A DNA stretch of 55,249 nucleotides, from positions 1 to 55,249 of the forward strand of contig JBJTVF010000006.1 of the NCBI GenBank assembly GCA_046081085.1. The letters run 5' to 3'. The DNA comes from Candidatus Limnocylindrus sp. Lineage in GTDB: Bacteria; Chloroflexota; Limnocylindria; Limnocylindrales; Limnocylindraceae. The first letter of the stretch is position 1. Each line of letters opens with the position of its first letter. A program made the position numbers and the translations under genes. Below the pieces are notes generated by a model that was given only the letters and a program-made list of their open reading frames with translations, searched no databases and was not told the origin of the DNA. Positions 1-8,661 of this stretch are shown piece after piece.

Positions 1-270
1 CACGGCATCCGCGCCGAGCAAGAACTGCCGGCGCGGCAGTCGGTCAATCCAGACGCCGGCCTGCAAGCCGAAGACCAAGTAGCCGACGGTGGTGGCGGCG
101 CCGAGGAGCCCCGTGCCGAACGAGTTCGCGCCGAGCAGGTCCACGGCCATGATCGGGATGGCAAGGTCGCTGATCGCGGTGCCGACCATGCTGATCCCCT
201 GCCCGGCCGTGACGAGGCGCAGGTCGCGCGGGTCGTTCTTCTTGATGGTGCTGTTTTTGGCTGAAGTCAT
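1..270 (-). CDS. MFS transporter, N-terminal fragment (gene runs off the left edge)
   Basis: Absent from the ORF track because it is open at the window edge. Reverse translation from ATG at 270 gives MTSAKNSTIKKNDPRDLRLVTAGQGISMVGTAISDLAIPIMAVDLLGANSFGTGLLGAATTVGYLVFGLQAGVWIDRLPRRQ. This matches TM1-TM2 plus the D-R-x-x-R-R loop typical of MFS (EntS/MFS_3-like) exporters. Confidence 0.6.
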   Translation of the reverse strand, partial: MTSAKNSTIKKNDPRDLRLVTAGQGISMVGTAISDLAIPIMAVDLLGANSFGTGLLGAATTVGYLVFGLQAGVWIDRLPRRQFLLGADAV

Positions 271-325
271 CGCGTGATTCTAGGCACTGCGCCCCCATTC
301 GTCCCAATCGCTACCATCGTGCGTA

Positions 326-1999
326 ATGGCTGCCGCACGTCTCGCGTTTGTGCTCGCGCTTGCGCTGGTTGCCGCGTCGTGCACCGCCGCCCCTGCGCCC
401 TCATCGGAGATCTCGTTTTCGGCACGGAGCTGGCCCGAAGCGGAGGCTGCGGAGTGTGTTGTTGGTGAGAGTGGTGCGGCGCGCCTTGGGATTGCTCGCA
501 TCGAGGCCGTTGACGAACTGACTGTGCGCTTTGAGCTCTGTGCACCAGATCCCGCCTTCACGCAGAAGCTGGCGGTGACGAACTTCTCGGTGAACGATTC
601 AGGCTGGCTCGCCGCGGCTGTCGACGACGGCTCTCTGACCACCACGATGAACGGCACGGGGCCGCTTGCGCTCCTCGCGTGGGAGCAGGGTGTGCAGATG
701 GTCCTGGCACGCAACGAGTCGTATTGGGGAGATCGTGCGGCGAGCGAGCGTGTGGTGATCCAGTGGGAGCCAGAGTCCGCGGCGCGGCTGATCCAGCTGC
801 GCGCAGGCACGGTGGATGCGGCGGACAACATTTCGCCAACAGATGAGGCGGCGGTTGCCGCCGATGCGTCGCTTGCGCTCCTCACGCGCGAAGGCTTCAA
901 CACGTTCTATCTGAACTTCAACAATCGGTATGCGCCGGTGAACGACGTGCGCGTCCGCCAGGCGATCGCGCAGGCGCTCGATCGCCAGAGGATCGTCGAC
1001 CTCTTCTATCCGTCGGGGTCAACGCTTGCAACACACGTACCGCCCTGCGTCATTGAGGGTGCATGCGTTGGCGACAACTGGTACGCGCATGATCTGGTTG
1101 CGGCGCGCGCGCTCCTTGCAGAGGCCGGCTATCCGAACGGGCTCGACCTGACGCTCTCACTGCGCGAAACGCCGCGCGCCTTCCTCCCAGATCCGGTGGC
1201 GGTGGCAACAGATATCCAGGCGCAACTCGCCGCAGTTGGGATTCGCGTCACGCTGGATGTCCAAGAGGCGGGTGGTTACATCGGGAAACTGCTCTCTGGT
1301 GAGTTGCGCGGCGCGTCGTTCTCAGCGGCACTCCCTGACTATCCGGAGGCGTGGAACTCTCTCGGCATCGACTTCGGTTCCACCTCTGGTCCTGCGCACG
1401 GCGATCAGTACCCACGCCTCGTTGCGCTCTTGGATGAGGCGCAGCGTGAATCGGACCCTGCGGCGCGCGCTTCACTCTTCACGCAGATCAACAACGAGAT
1501 TCGTACGCAAGTTCCTGTGGTGCCGATTGCGAACGGTGCATCGCTGATTGTGACGCGTGCCGAAGTGCGCGGCCTTGTTGCATCACCGGTTGCGATGGAG
1601 CGCTTTGACAGGGTCAGCGTTGAGGGGAGCAACACCTTCACCTGGTTGCAGGGTGGTGAGCCTGCTGGTCTCTACTGCATGGATGAAGAGGATCGTGAAG
1701 CGGTGCGCATCTGCGCGCAGGTGATGGAAGGCCTCTACGGATACGCGGTGGGCGGCACTGCCGCGGAGCCGCGCCTTGCCACTGAGTGCGTTGCGTCTGC
1801 GGATGGACTCGTGATGGAGTGCACGTTGCGCCGCGACGTTCGATTCCACAACGGCGCGCGCCTTGACGCGGGTGATGTCTTGGATAGCTTCGCCGCCGCG
1901 TGGGATTGCGCGCACCCACTCCACGTTGGGCGCACAGGGAACTTCCGCGGCTGGAGTTGGATTATGGGGACGCTGAACGCCGACGCCTGCGGCGAGTAA
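326..1999 (+). CDS. ABC-type solute-binding lipoprotein, family 5 (peptide/nickel type), apparently circularly permuted
   Basis: 557-aa ORF starting at ATG 326. Signal peptide with lipobox LVAASC. Family-5 SBP body motifs are present (NESYWG, FYLNFNN..P..DVRVRQAI, LLAEAGYPNG). The family signature LRRDVRFHNGARLDAGDV sits near the C-terminus instead of the N-terminus. No permease or ATPase genes are adjacent. Confidence 0.85.
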   Translation: MAAARLAFVLALALVAASCTAAPAPSSEISFSARSWPEAEAAECVVGESGAARLGIARIEAVDELTVRFELCAPDPAFTQKLAVTNFSVNDSGWLAAAVDDGSLTTTMNGTGPLALLAWEQGVQMVLARNESYWGDRAASERVVIQWEPESAARLIQLRAGTVDAADNISPTDEAAVAADASLALLTREGFNTFYLNFNNRYAPVNDVRVRQAIAQALDRQRIVDLFYPSGSTLATHVPPCVIEGACVGDNWYAHDLVAARALLAEAGYPNGLDLTLSLRETPRAFLPDPVAVATDIQAQLAAVGIRVTLDVQEAGGYIGKLLSGELRGASFSAALPDYPEAWNSLGIDFGSTSGPAHGDQYPRLVALLDEAQRESDPAARASLFTQINNEIRTQVPVVPIANGASLIVTRAEVRGLVASPVAMERFDRVSVEGSNTFTWLQGGEPAGLYCMDEEDREAVRICAQVMEGLYGYAVGGTAAEPRLATECVASADGLVMECTLRRDVRFHNGARLDAGDVLDSFAAAWDCAHPLHVGRTGNFRGWSWIMGTLNADACGE

Positions 2000-2023
2000 A
2001 CGGTTGCTTCTTGAGTGAGTCGG

Positions 2024-2350
2024 CTATTCGCCGATGCTCGCCCAGATGAATCCCATCATCACGAAGAAGCCGGAGAAGAGCGCGATCAGGCCAACGGAGC
2101 CGTACGGTGAGTGTGCGGTCTTGTCCTCGAAGCTGCCGAGGAGGAGGCCGAAGACAACTGCCCAGCCAACAAAGAGCGCACCCCAGAGGACCTTGCTGTT
2201 CGGTCCGGTGACGAAGCGCTTCACCCATGAGGTTTCGCGCTGCTCCTGGCTCATTGCGGCCTTCTGGAAGATGTAGACGAACCCCCCGCCGATGATTAGT
2301 GAGATGAAGAACTCCATCGGGTGCGTGAACGGAAGCGTGAAGAGTGTCAT
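2024..2350 (-). CDS. small integral membrane protein, unknown function
   Basis: ORF 2024..2395. Probable start is the internal ATG at 2350 (MTLFTLPF...). It has 3-4 hydrophobic helices and no recognisable family. It is convergent with the SBP gene and divergent from dedA. Confidence 0.5.
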   Translation of the reverse strand: MTLFTLPFTHPMEFFISLIIGGGFVYIFQKAAMSQEQRETSWVKRFVTGPNSKVLWGALFVGWAVVFGLLLGSFEDKTAHSPYGSVGLIALFSGFFVMMGFIWASIGE

Positions 2351-2404
2351 GCGCGAATCATAGCGAACCGCTCGCGGGGGGGCGATCTCTGGCACGCTAG
2401 AGGC

Positions 2405-3064
2405 ATGCTCGCATGGCTCGACGAGATCCTGATCCCGCTGATCACCTCACTCTATGAGGCGGTCGGGTATCTCGGCCTTGCCGTGGCGATGGCGGTAGAT
2501 GCGTCGAGCTTCCCCGTCCCTTCGGAGTTCATCCTCCCGTTTGCCGGATTTCTGGTGGCGGACCCAACGGCGATTGAGCCGCTCACGGGCGGTCGCTGGG
2601 AGTTGATCCCCACGATCCTCTTCGCCACGCTCGGCTCCACGGTTGGCACTTTGGGCGCATACGCGATCGGCGCATACGGCGGTCGACGCCTGCTCGTCCG
2701 ATACGGCCGCTTCGTGCGCATCTCTTCGGTTGATCTCGATCGTGCCGATCGCTTCTTCGCCCGCCACGGCGGAAAGGTGGTCTTCTGGAGCCGCTTCGTC
2801 CCGCTCCTCCGCACGGCGATCTCCTTCCCTGCGGGGATCGCGCGCATGCCCCTGACGCCGTTCCTTCTCTACAGCAGCGTTGGCGCGCTGATCTGGAACG
2901 CGGCGCTCATCTGGGGCGGGTCCGCACTCGGCGCGCGATGGGAGGAGGTGCAGACCTACCTCGCGCCATTCGAGACGATCCTCTTGGCGATCGTCCTACC
3001 AGCGCTCGTCCTGCTTGGGGCATGGCGACTTGGGCTGCTGAAGAGAATTCGCGAGCGCTGGTAG
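2405..3064 (+). CDS. DedA/SNARE-associated family membrane protein
   Basis: ORF 2321..3064 trimmed to ATG 2405 (MLAWLDEILIPL...). Typical DedA motifs are present: VDASSFPVPSEFILPFAGFL, GRFVPLLRTAISFPAGIARMP. Confidence 0.85.
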   Translation: MLAWLDEILIPLITSLYEAVGYLGLAVAMAVDASSFPVPSEFILPFAGFLVADPTAIEPLTGGRWELIPTILFATLGSTVGTLGAYAIGAYGGRRLLVRYGRFVRISSVDLDRADRFFARHGGKVVFWSRFVPLLRTAISFPAGIARMPLTPFLLYSSVGALIWNAALIWGGSALGARWEEVQTYLAPFETILLAIVLPALVLLGAWRLGLLKRIRERW

Positions 3065-3075
3065 CTGGCAGTTAG

Positions 3076-3816
3076 ATGAGTGTCGTCATCCTCTCCGACG
3101 TCCACGCCAACATCCAGGCGCTGCGCGCCGTGTTGGACGATGTTGCAAAGGCTGCACCGCACGCGTCGATCTGGCACTGCGGGGACGTGGTCGGTTACGG
3201 TGCATCGCCGAACGAAGTGATCGAAGAGTTGCAACGCGTCGGCGCAACCGGCGTGATGGGGAATCACGACCTTGCCGCACTCGGCGATGACATCGTCGAG
3301 TCCTTCAATGAAGGTGCGCGCACTGCCGCACTGTGGACGCGCGAAGTGTTGACCGCGCAGAGTCGCGAATGGCTGCGCGCACTGCCGCGTGTCTTGGAGA
3401 TGGGCTCCGCAACGTTGGTGCACGCGTCGCTGCGCGATCCGATCATGGAGTACGTGATGGACGCCACCACTGCAGAAGAGAATCTGCGCGGCCTCAGCAC
3501 GCCACTCCTCTTCCACGGCCATACGCACATCCCAGCACTCTGGGAGTTGCGCCGCGACGTTGCGCACCTGACTGCGGTTGGTGATGCACCGATCGCGCTG
3601 CACGGTGCATCACTGGTGAATGCCGGATCGGTTGGCCAGCCACGCGACAGAGATCCGCGCGCCGCATGGCTGCTCTGGGAGCGCGATGAAGAGAACGCCG
3701 GCCTCGGCCGCGCAACATGGCGTCGCGTGGAGTACGACATCCCGAGTGCACAAGAAGCGATCGACGCGGCTGGGCTCCCCGACTCGCTCGCCTCGCGACT
3801 CGCGGTGGGGCGCTGA
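3076..3816 (+). CDS. metallophosphoesterase (YfcE/MJ0936-like phosphodiesterase)
   Basis: Calcineurin-like motifs are present: LSDVHAN, GDVVGYG, GNHD, HGHTH. Confidence 0.85.
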   Translation: MSVVILSDVHANIQALRAVLDDVAKAAPHASIWHCGDVVGYGASPNEVIEELQRVGATGVMGNHDLAALGDDIVESFNEGARTAALWTREVLTAQSREWLRALPRVLEMGSATLVHASLRDPIMEYVMDATTAEENLRGLSTPLLFHGHTHIPALWELRRDVAHLTAVGDAPIALHGASLVNAGSVGQPRDRDPRAAWLLWERDEENAGLGRATWRRVEYDIPSAQEAIDAAGLPDSLASRLAVGR

Positions 3817-3854
3817 AGGTGGCGCGCGCGAAGACACGCACTCGTTCACGCAAG

Positions 3855-6164
3855 ATGGTGCCTGATACGTCGCTACCTCCGTTCGAGCGACTCGGTGCGT
3901 GGGTGCATGCGCGCCGCACCTGGGTCATTGGCGCGTGGTTGCTGCTGATCGCATGTGCGCTCCCGTTTGCACCGCGGGCTCCTGGTGCGCTGCAGGCGGG
4001 CGGCTTTGATCTTCCAACGCTCGAGAGCGCGCGAGCGCGTGCACTCCTCGAAGACGAGCTCGGCGCGCCACCTTCGGCACTTGTGCTTGCGATCAGCTCA
4101 GAGACCCTGATCCCCGGCACCCCACAGTTCGAAGTTGCGGCGGGAGACGCGGTCGCCGATGTGCGCACGGCACCGCATGTGGTCGGCTCGCGCTCGCATC
4201 TGATTGCACCTTTACAGGTGAACATCGAGAAGAAGATCGTCTACGACGTGATCCTGCTCGACCTGAAGCCTGATGATTCGCCCGCGGCACTCGAGGGGAT
4301 CCAGGCGGCGATCAAGTCGGTTCCAGGGATAAACGTTGCGATCGCTGGCGGTCCTTCGTTCTATGCAGACATTCAGGAAGTTTCAGAGACGGATCTCCAG
4401 CGCAGCGAGCTGATCAGCCTTCCACTCGCTGCGATCGTCTTGCTGTTGGTGTTTGGATCCGCGGTCGCCGCAGGTCTGCCACTCGCGGTTGGCGGTGCAA
4501 CGGTGATCGTTGGGCTCGCCGCAATCTTCGGCATTGCGCAGGCGACGCGCATGAGCATCTTCGTCCTGAATCTCACCACGCTGCTCGGACTTGGCCTTGG
4601 CGTGGACTACGCGCTGCTGCTCGTCTCGCGCTTCCGCGAAGAGCTCGGTCGCGGTGCGGCGGACGGCGATGCCGTGCAACGAACGGTGGCCACTGCCGGA
4701 CGCGCCGTCTTCTTCTCCGGGGTCACGGTCATGCTCGGCCTCGCCGGGCTCGCGCTGTTCGACTTTGCGATCCTGCGCAGCATTGGCGTGGCGGGAGCCG
4801 TGACCGTCTCCGTTGCCGTGGCGGCGAGCATCACGCTGATGCCCGCCCTCCTGAGCCTGCTCGGTTCACGCGTGAATCGGCTCGCCATCCGTAGGCTCGG
4901 GACCGGTCGGGTGAATGAGCGTGGGCCATGGGCTCGCCTCGCACGCGCCGTGATGCGCCGACCGCTCGCAGTGGCGCTCCCCACCTTTGCGCTGTTGGTG
5001 GCGCTCGGAACCCCGTGGCTTGGCGTCCGCTTCAATGCGCCAGATGGAAGCGTCCTCCCTGAACGCGTGCCGAGCCGCCAGGCGCTCGATGCGCTGACCG
5101 ACGCGTTTGGCGAAGGTTCGTTTGGGCCGATGAGCATCGCCGTACGCACCGAAGGACCTGCCACGAGCCCCGAAAACATCACCCTCCTCTACAACTGGGT
5201 GCAGAAGATGCAGGCGGATCCGCGGATCGCGCGCGTGGACTCGTTCGTCTCCATCGACCCTCGCCTGAACCTTGCGCAGTACCAGCTCCTCTATGCATCG
5301 CCCGCTGGTGCGCCGCCGGATCGCTTCGCCGTGCAGATCCTCTCGCTGACCACCAAGGACGATCTCACCGCGATCTCGATCACGCCAACCTATGGTCCGA
5401 ATCGACCAGAATCGCGCGCGCTCGTGGCGGAGTTGCGCGCCGCGCGACCCGACGCGCTCGGCGCGGGAGAGCCGAGTGCGATCACGCCACCAGATGGAGT
5501 CGTTGCGCTCGTCGGCGGCGGGGCCGCCGAGATCGTGGATGTAGTCGACACCATCTCCGCCGAGTTTCCGCGCTCTGGCGCAGTGGTGATCATCAGCACG
5601 TTGCTCATCCTCGCCGTGCTGTTGCGTTCCATCCTGCTGCCGATCAAAGCGGTCTTCATGAACATGCTCTCCATCCTTGCAAGCTTCGGCGCGCTCGTCT
5701 GGATCTTCCAGGAAGGGAATCTCTCTGCGCTGCTAGGATTCGCACCACTCGAATTCGTGGAGACCACCATTCCCGTGATCCTCTTCTGTGTGCTCTTCGG
5801 ACTCTCCATGGACTACGAAGTCTTCTTGCTCACGCGGATGCGCGAGATCTACGACCGCACCGGTGACAACGTGGCCGCTGTTGCAGGTGGCCTCGAGCGC
5901 AGCGGGCGCATCATCACCTCTGCTGCACTCATCGTCTTCGTCGTCTCAGCATCGTTCATCTTCGCGGAGATCGTGTTGATCAAAGCGCTCGGCGTTGGTG
6001 TTGCGATTGCTGTGGCGCTCGATGCCACCATTGTTCGCGCCCTCTTGGTCCCCGCAACGATGCGACTCTTCGGCGACTGGAACTGGTGGTCGCCGCAGTG
6101 GATGCAGCGGCTGCTTGCCGGTCGCATCGCCAGCGAAGCGGAGGCGGAGGCACGCAGCAGATGA
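3855..6164 (+). CDS. MMPL family RND-type membrane transporter
   Basis: ORF 3717..6164 trimmed to ATG 3855 so it no longer overlaps the upstream gene. It has two 6-TM bundles with two large extracytoplasmic loops and the typical MMPL strings GVDYALLLVSRFREE and GLSMDYEVFLLTRMRE. Confidence 0.9.
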   Translation: MVPDTSLPPFERLGAWVHARRTWVIGAWLLLIACALPFAPRAPGALQAGGFDLPTLESARARALLEDELGAPPSALVLAISSETLIPGTPQFEVAAGDAVADVRTAPHVVGSRSHLIAPLQVNIEKKIVYDVILLDLKPDDSPAALEGIQAAIKSVPGINVAIAGGPSFYADIQEVSETDLQRSELISLPLAAIVLLLVFGSAVAAGLPLAVGGATVIVGLAAIFGIAQATRMSIFVLNLTTLLGLGLGVDYALLLVSRFREELGRGAADGDAVQRTVATAGRAVFFSGVTVMLGLAGLALFDFAILRSIGVAGAVTVSVAVAASITLMPALLSLLGSRVNRLAIRRLGTGRVNERGPWARLARAVMRRPLAVALPTFALLVALGTPWLGVRFNAPDGSVLPERVPSRQALDALTDAFGEGSFGPMSIAVRTEGPATSPENITLLYNWVQKMQADPRIARVDSFVSIDPRLNLAQYQLLYASPAGAPPDRFAVQILSLTTKDDLTAISITPTYGPNRPESRALVAELRAARPDALGAGEPSAITPPDGVVALVGGGAAEIVDVVDTISAEFPRSGAVVIISTLLILAVLLRSILLPIKAVFMNMLSILASFGALVWIFQEGNLSALLGFAPLEFVETTIPVILFCVLFGLSMDYEVFLLTRMREIYDRTGDNVAAVAGGLERSGRIITSAALIVFVVSASFIFAEIVLIKALGVGVAIAVALDATIVRALLVPATMRLFGDWNWWSPQWMQRLLAGRIASEAEAEARSR

Positions 6165-7321
6165 TGAATCAGACGATCAGAGCGCTTGCGCTGGTGATGG
6201 CCCTCTTCACGGTGGGTGCATGCAGTGGACCGATCGTGGCGAACCCGCCTGCGGTTGCTGGCGCACCCATTGTCAAGGCAACACCACCGCCGCCGCGGGA
6301 CGATCCGCAACCGGTGCAGTTCCCGCGCGACGATGCACCGCACGATCGACTCACCGAGTGGTGGTACGTCACGGGACACCTGACCACGCTGGATGGTTCG
6401 CGTGCGTTCGGATACGAAGCAGTTGTCTTCCGCGCCATCCGCGGCGACTTCCCCGTCACGTGGGCATCGCACATGGCGCTGACCGAGAAGCCGCGCAACG
6501 GGCGCGAAGGTTCGTTCACCTACTACGAGCGCGCCGAGATTGGTCCGCAGGTGGACGTCAGCGCAGCGAGCGACCTGCCGATCGCTGCTGCGTTCGTCAT
6601 CACGGGCGCAGATCCGTTGAGTCCGGCCACCTTCGAAAACGAGCTGTGGAGCATGGTCGTCGGACTGGATGGTTCAATCCACATCGGTGCGGAGTGGTTC
6701 GCCCTACAGCTCTCCACGCCGGAGGCACCGGTGCTGCATGACAACGATGGCTGGGTAGACTTCGACGTTGCCGGCGGTTCCTACTACTACTCGCGCACGC
6801 GCATGCCAACCAGTGGAACGCTCACCGTAGACGGCGAAGTGCTCGCCGTGCAGGGGACCTCGTGGTTCGACCATCAGTGGGGCGACTTCATTGCGGTTGG
6901 TGGCGGCGGTTGGGACTGGTTCGCACTCACACTTGATGACGGAAGTGCGCGCGGGATCGAAGTGACCCTCTCCTTTGTGCGCGCCGCAGACGGTAGCTAC
7001 CCGCTCATCTACGGCACGTGGATCAACGGGGACGGCGACTACGATCGGATTGACGGGAGCGAGATCCAGCTGACGCCCACCGGCGAGTGGACGAGCCCAC
7101 ACACAGGGGCGACCTGGCCCTCTGGTTGGAAGCTGAAGATCCCCACGCGTGGCCTACAGGTCACGATCACCCCAGATGTGAAGGACCAAGAGCTCGACAC
7201 GCGAGCGACGACTGGAGTCATCTACTGGGAGGGGTCCAACGTGGTGCGCGGTAGCCTGAACGGCCGTCCGGTCCGAGGCGATGCCTACGTGGAACTCACC
7301 GGATACGCCTCCCTGCGCTGA
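6161..7321 (+). CDS. AttH/CrtC-like (hydroxyneurosporene-synthase fold, lipocalin-like) lipoprotein
   Basis: ATG 6161 overlaps the MMPL stop (ATGA). Lipobox TVGAC. Motifs HDRLTEWWYVTGHL, SYYYSRTRMPTSG and SWFDHQWGDF are characteristic of the AttH/CrtC family. Confidence 0.8.
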   Translation: MMNQTIRALALVMALFTVGACSGPIVANPPAVAGAPIVKATPPPPRDDPQPVQFPRDDAPHDRLTEWWYVTGHLTTLDGSRAFGYEAVVFRAIRGDFPVTWASHMALTEKPRNGREGSFTYYERAEIGPQVDVSAASDLPIAAAFVITGADPLSPATFENELWSMVVGLDGSIHIGAEWFALQLSTPEAPVLHDNDGWVDFDVAGGSYYYSRTRMPTSGTLTVDGEVLAVQGTSWFDHQWGDFIAVGGGGWDWFALTLDDGSARGIEVTLSFVRAADGSYPLIYGTWINGDGDYDRIDGSEIQLTPTGEWTSPHTGATWPSGWKLKIPTRGLQVTITPDVKDQELDTRATTGVIYWEGSNVVRGSLNGRPVRGDAYVELTGYASLR

Positions 7322-7340
7322 CCCCGCTAGAATCACCCGC

Positions 7341-7520
7341 ATGACCAGAGACCGTGGACCCCGTACCTTCGTGCTGATCTGCACGATCGCGATCGCCGCG
7401 GTGATCGCCTACCCACTCATCATCGGTCGTGATGGCTTCTTGAAGACGTTCCCAAAGATGCTCTCCGCGACGCCTGCGCCGAGCGCGTCAGAGTCGCCGA
7501 GCGTCTCGCCAAGCCCGTAG
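7341..7520 (+). CDS. hypothetical small membrane protein (1 TM, Ser/Pro-rich tail)
   Basis: Internal ATG of ORF 7281..7520 (MTRDRGPRTFVLICTIAIAAVIAYPLIIG...). The only support is an ORF with one hydrophobic helix. It may equally be non-coding spacer. Confidence 0.3.
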   Translation: MTRDRGPRTFVLICTIAIAAVIAYPLIIGRDGFLKTFPKMLSATPAPSASESPSVSPSP

Positions 7521-7560
7521 CGCAGTTACTGCGCGCGGCATGTTGCGCTGAGCTGACCCG

Positions 7561-8649
7561 ATGAGCCACATCTTCATCTCTCCCCACCCAGACGACGCGG
7601 CACTCTCGTGCGGCGGCCTGATCGCACACCTTCGCGAGCTTGGACAGAACGTGATCATCATCAGCGTCTTCTCCGGGCACGGTGATCTCACGCGCATGTC
7701 GCCGTACCAGCGCCAGGCGCTCGGTTTCGGCGGGAAGGCGATCTGGCCGGCGACAGAGTCATTCGATCGCGGCTCCGTGGCCGCGGACATGGATGTCCCG
7801 GGTGAAACGGAACGCGAACTTGCACCGTGGCAGGCGGAGCGCAGTCGACTCGCCGCCACGCAGCAGGAGGCAGACGCGAGCGCAAAAGAATTCTGGCAGC
7901 GCGCATCCTGGTATCGCAAGGCGGATATCAGCGGTGGCGGCGGACTCCCGCACGCAAAAGATGTCGACGCGGTCGGCGGACAGGGGACGACAACTCCTGG
8001 TGCGATTGCCGTAGCAGCTGCGGCGGGCGATGCGATGGCACAACGCAAGATGGAAGATGAGCGCTACGCACTCTTCAGTGAGGCCGCAGTGATCTTCCTC
8101 GACTTGCCAGACGCGGTCTTCCGTGGCTACGAAGGTGACGAGCAGTTGCTCGGTCGAGTTCGCAACGGCGACGCGGCTCCTGTCGCGCTGCTCGCAAAGG
8201 AGATCGCGCGCCTCGAGCCGCAGCAGGTCTACTTCCCGCTCGGCATTGGATCACATGTTGATCATCAGCTTGCACGCAAGGTTGGCGCCGCACTGCTGGC
8301 CGAACCGCGCAAGTGGGAGATGCCAGGCCCTGATTGGGCGAGCAGGATCTCGTTCTACGAAGACTTCCCGTACGCGTGGTGGAGCGAGTTCGACGCTCGT
8401 GTGGGGCTCCCTGCGGAGTACTCCGCCGAGCTCCCCGCCGATGTTGCGCTGACGCCTGAGATCGTGGACACGAGTGCGGTCATCGAGACAAAGATCAAGG
8501 GGATTTCACTCTACGAGTCGCAGACGCCGCACCTCTTTGGCTCGGTGGAGAAGATGGCGGACGCGGTGCGTGGACATGGCGCGCGCGTGGCACTTGATGC
8601 TGGTCGCTCTGGATCTGCCGAACGCTACTGGAGCGCAGTCCGTCGCTAA
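7561..8649 (+). CDS. PIG-L/LmbE family N-acetylglucosaminyl deacetylase with a long internal insertion
   Basis: N-terminal ISPHPDDAALSCGG motif and a downstream GSHVDHQ metal motif. At 362 aa it is longer than my recollection of 220-300 aa for this family, owing to an insertion of roughly 100 aa rich in Ala and Gly. Confidence 0.8.
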   Translation: MSHIFISPHPDDAALSCGGLIAHLRELGQNVIIISVFSGHGDLTRMSPYQRQALGFGGKAIWPATESFDRGSVAADMDVPGETERELAPWQAERSRLAATQQEADASAKEFWQRASWYRKADISGGGGLPHAKDVDAVGGQGTTTPGAIAVAAAAGDAMAQRKMEDERYALFSEAAVIFLDLPDAVFRGYEGDEQLLGRVRNGDAAPVALLAKEIARLEPQQVYFPLGIGSHVDHQLARKVGAALLAEPRKWEMPGPDWASRISFYEDFPYAWWSEFDARVGLPAEYSAELPADVALTPEIVDTSAVIETKIKGISLYESQTPHLFGSVEKMADAVRGHGARVALDAGRSGSAERYWSAVRR

Positions 8650-8661
8650 GGCCGAAGGCCA

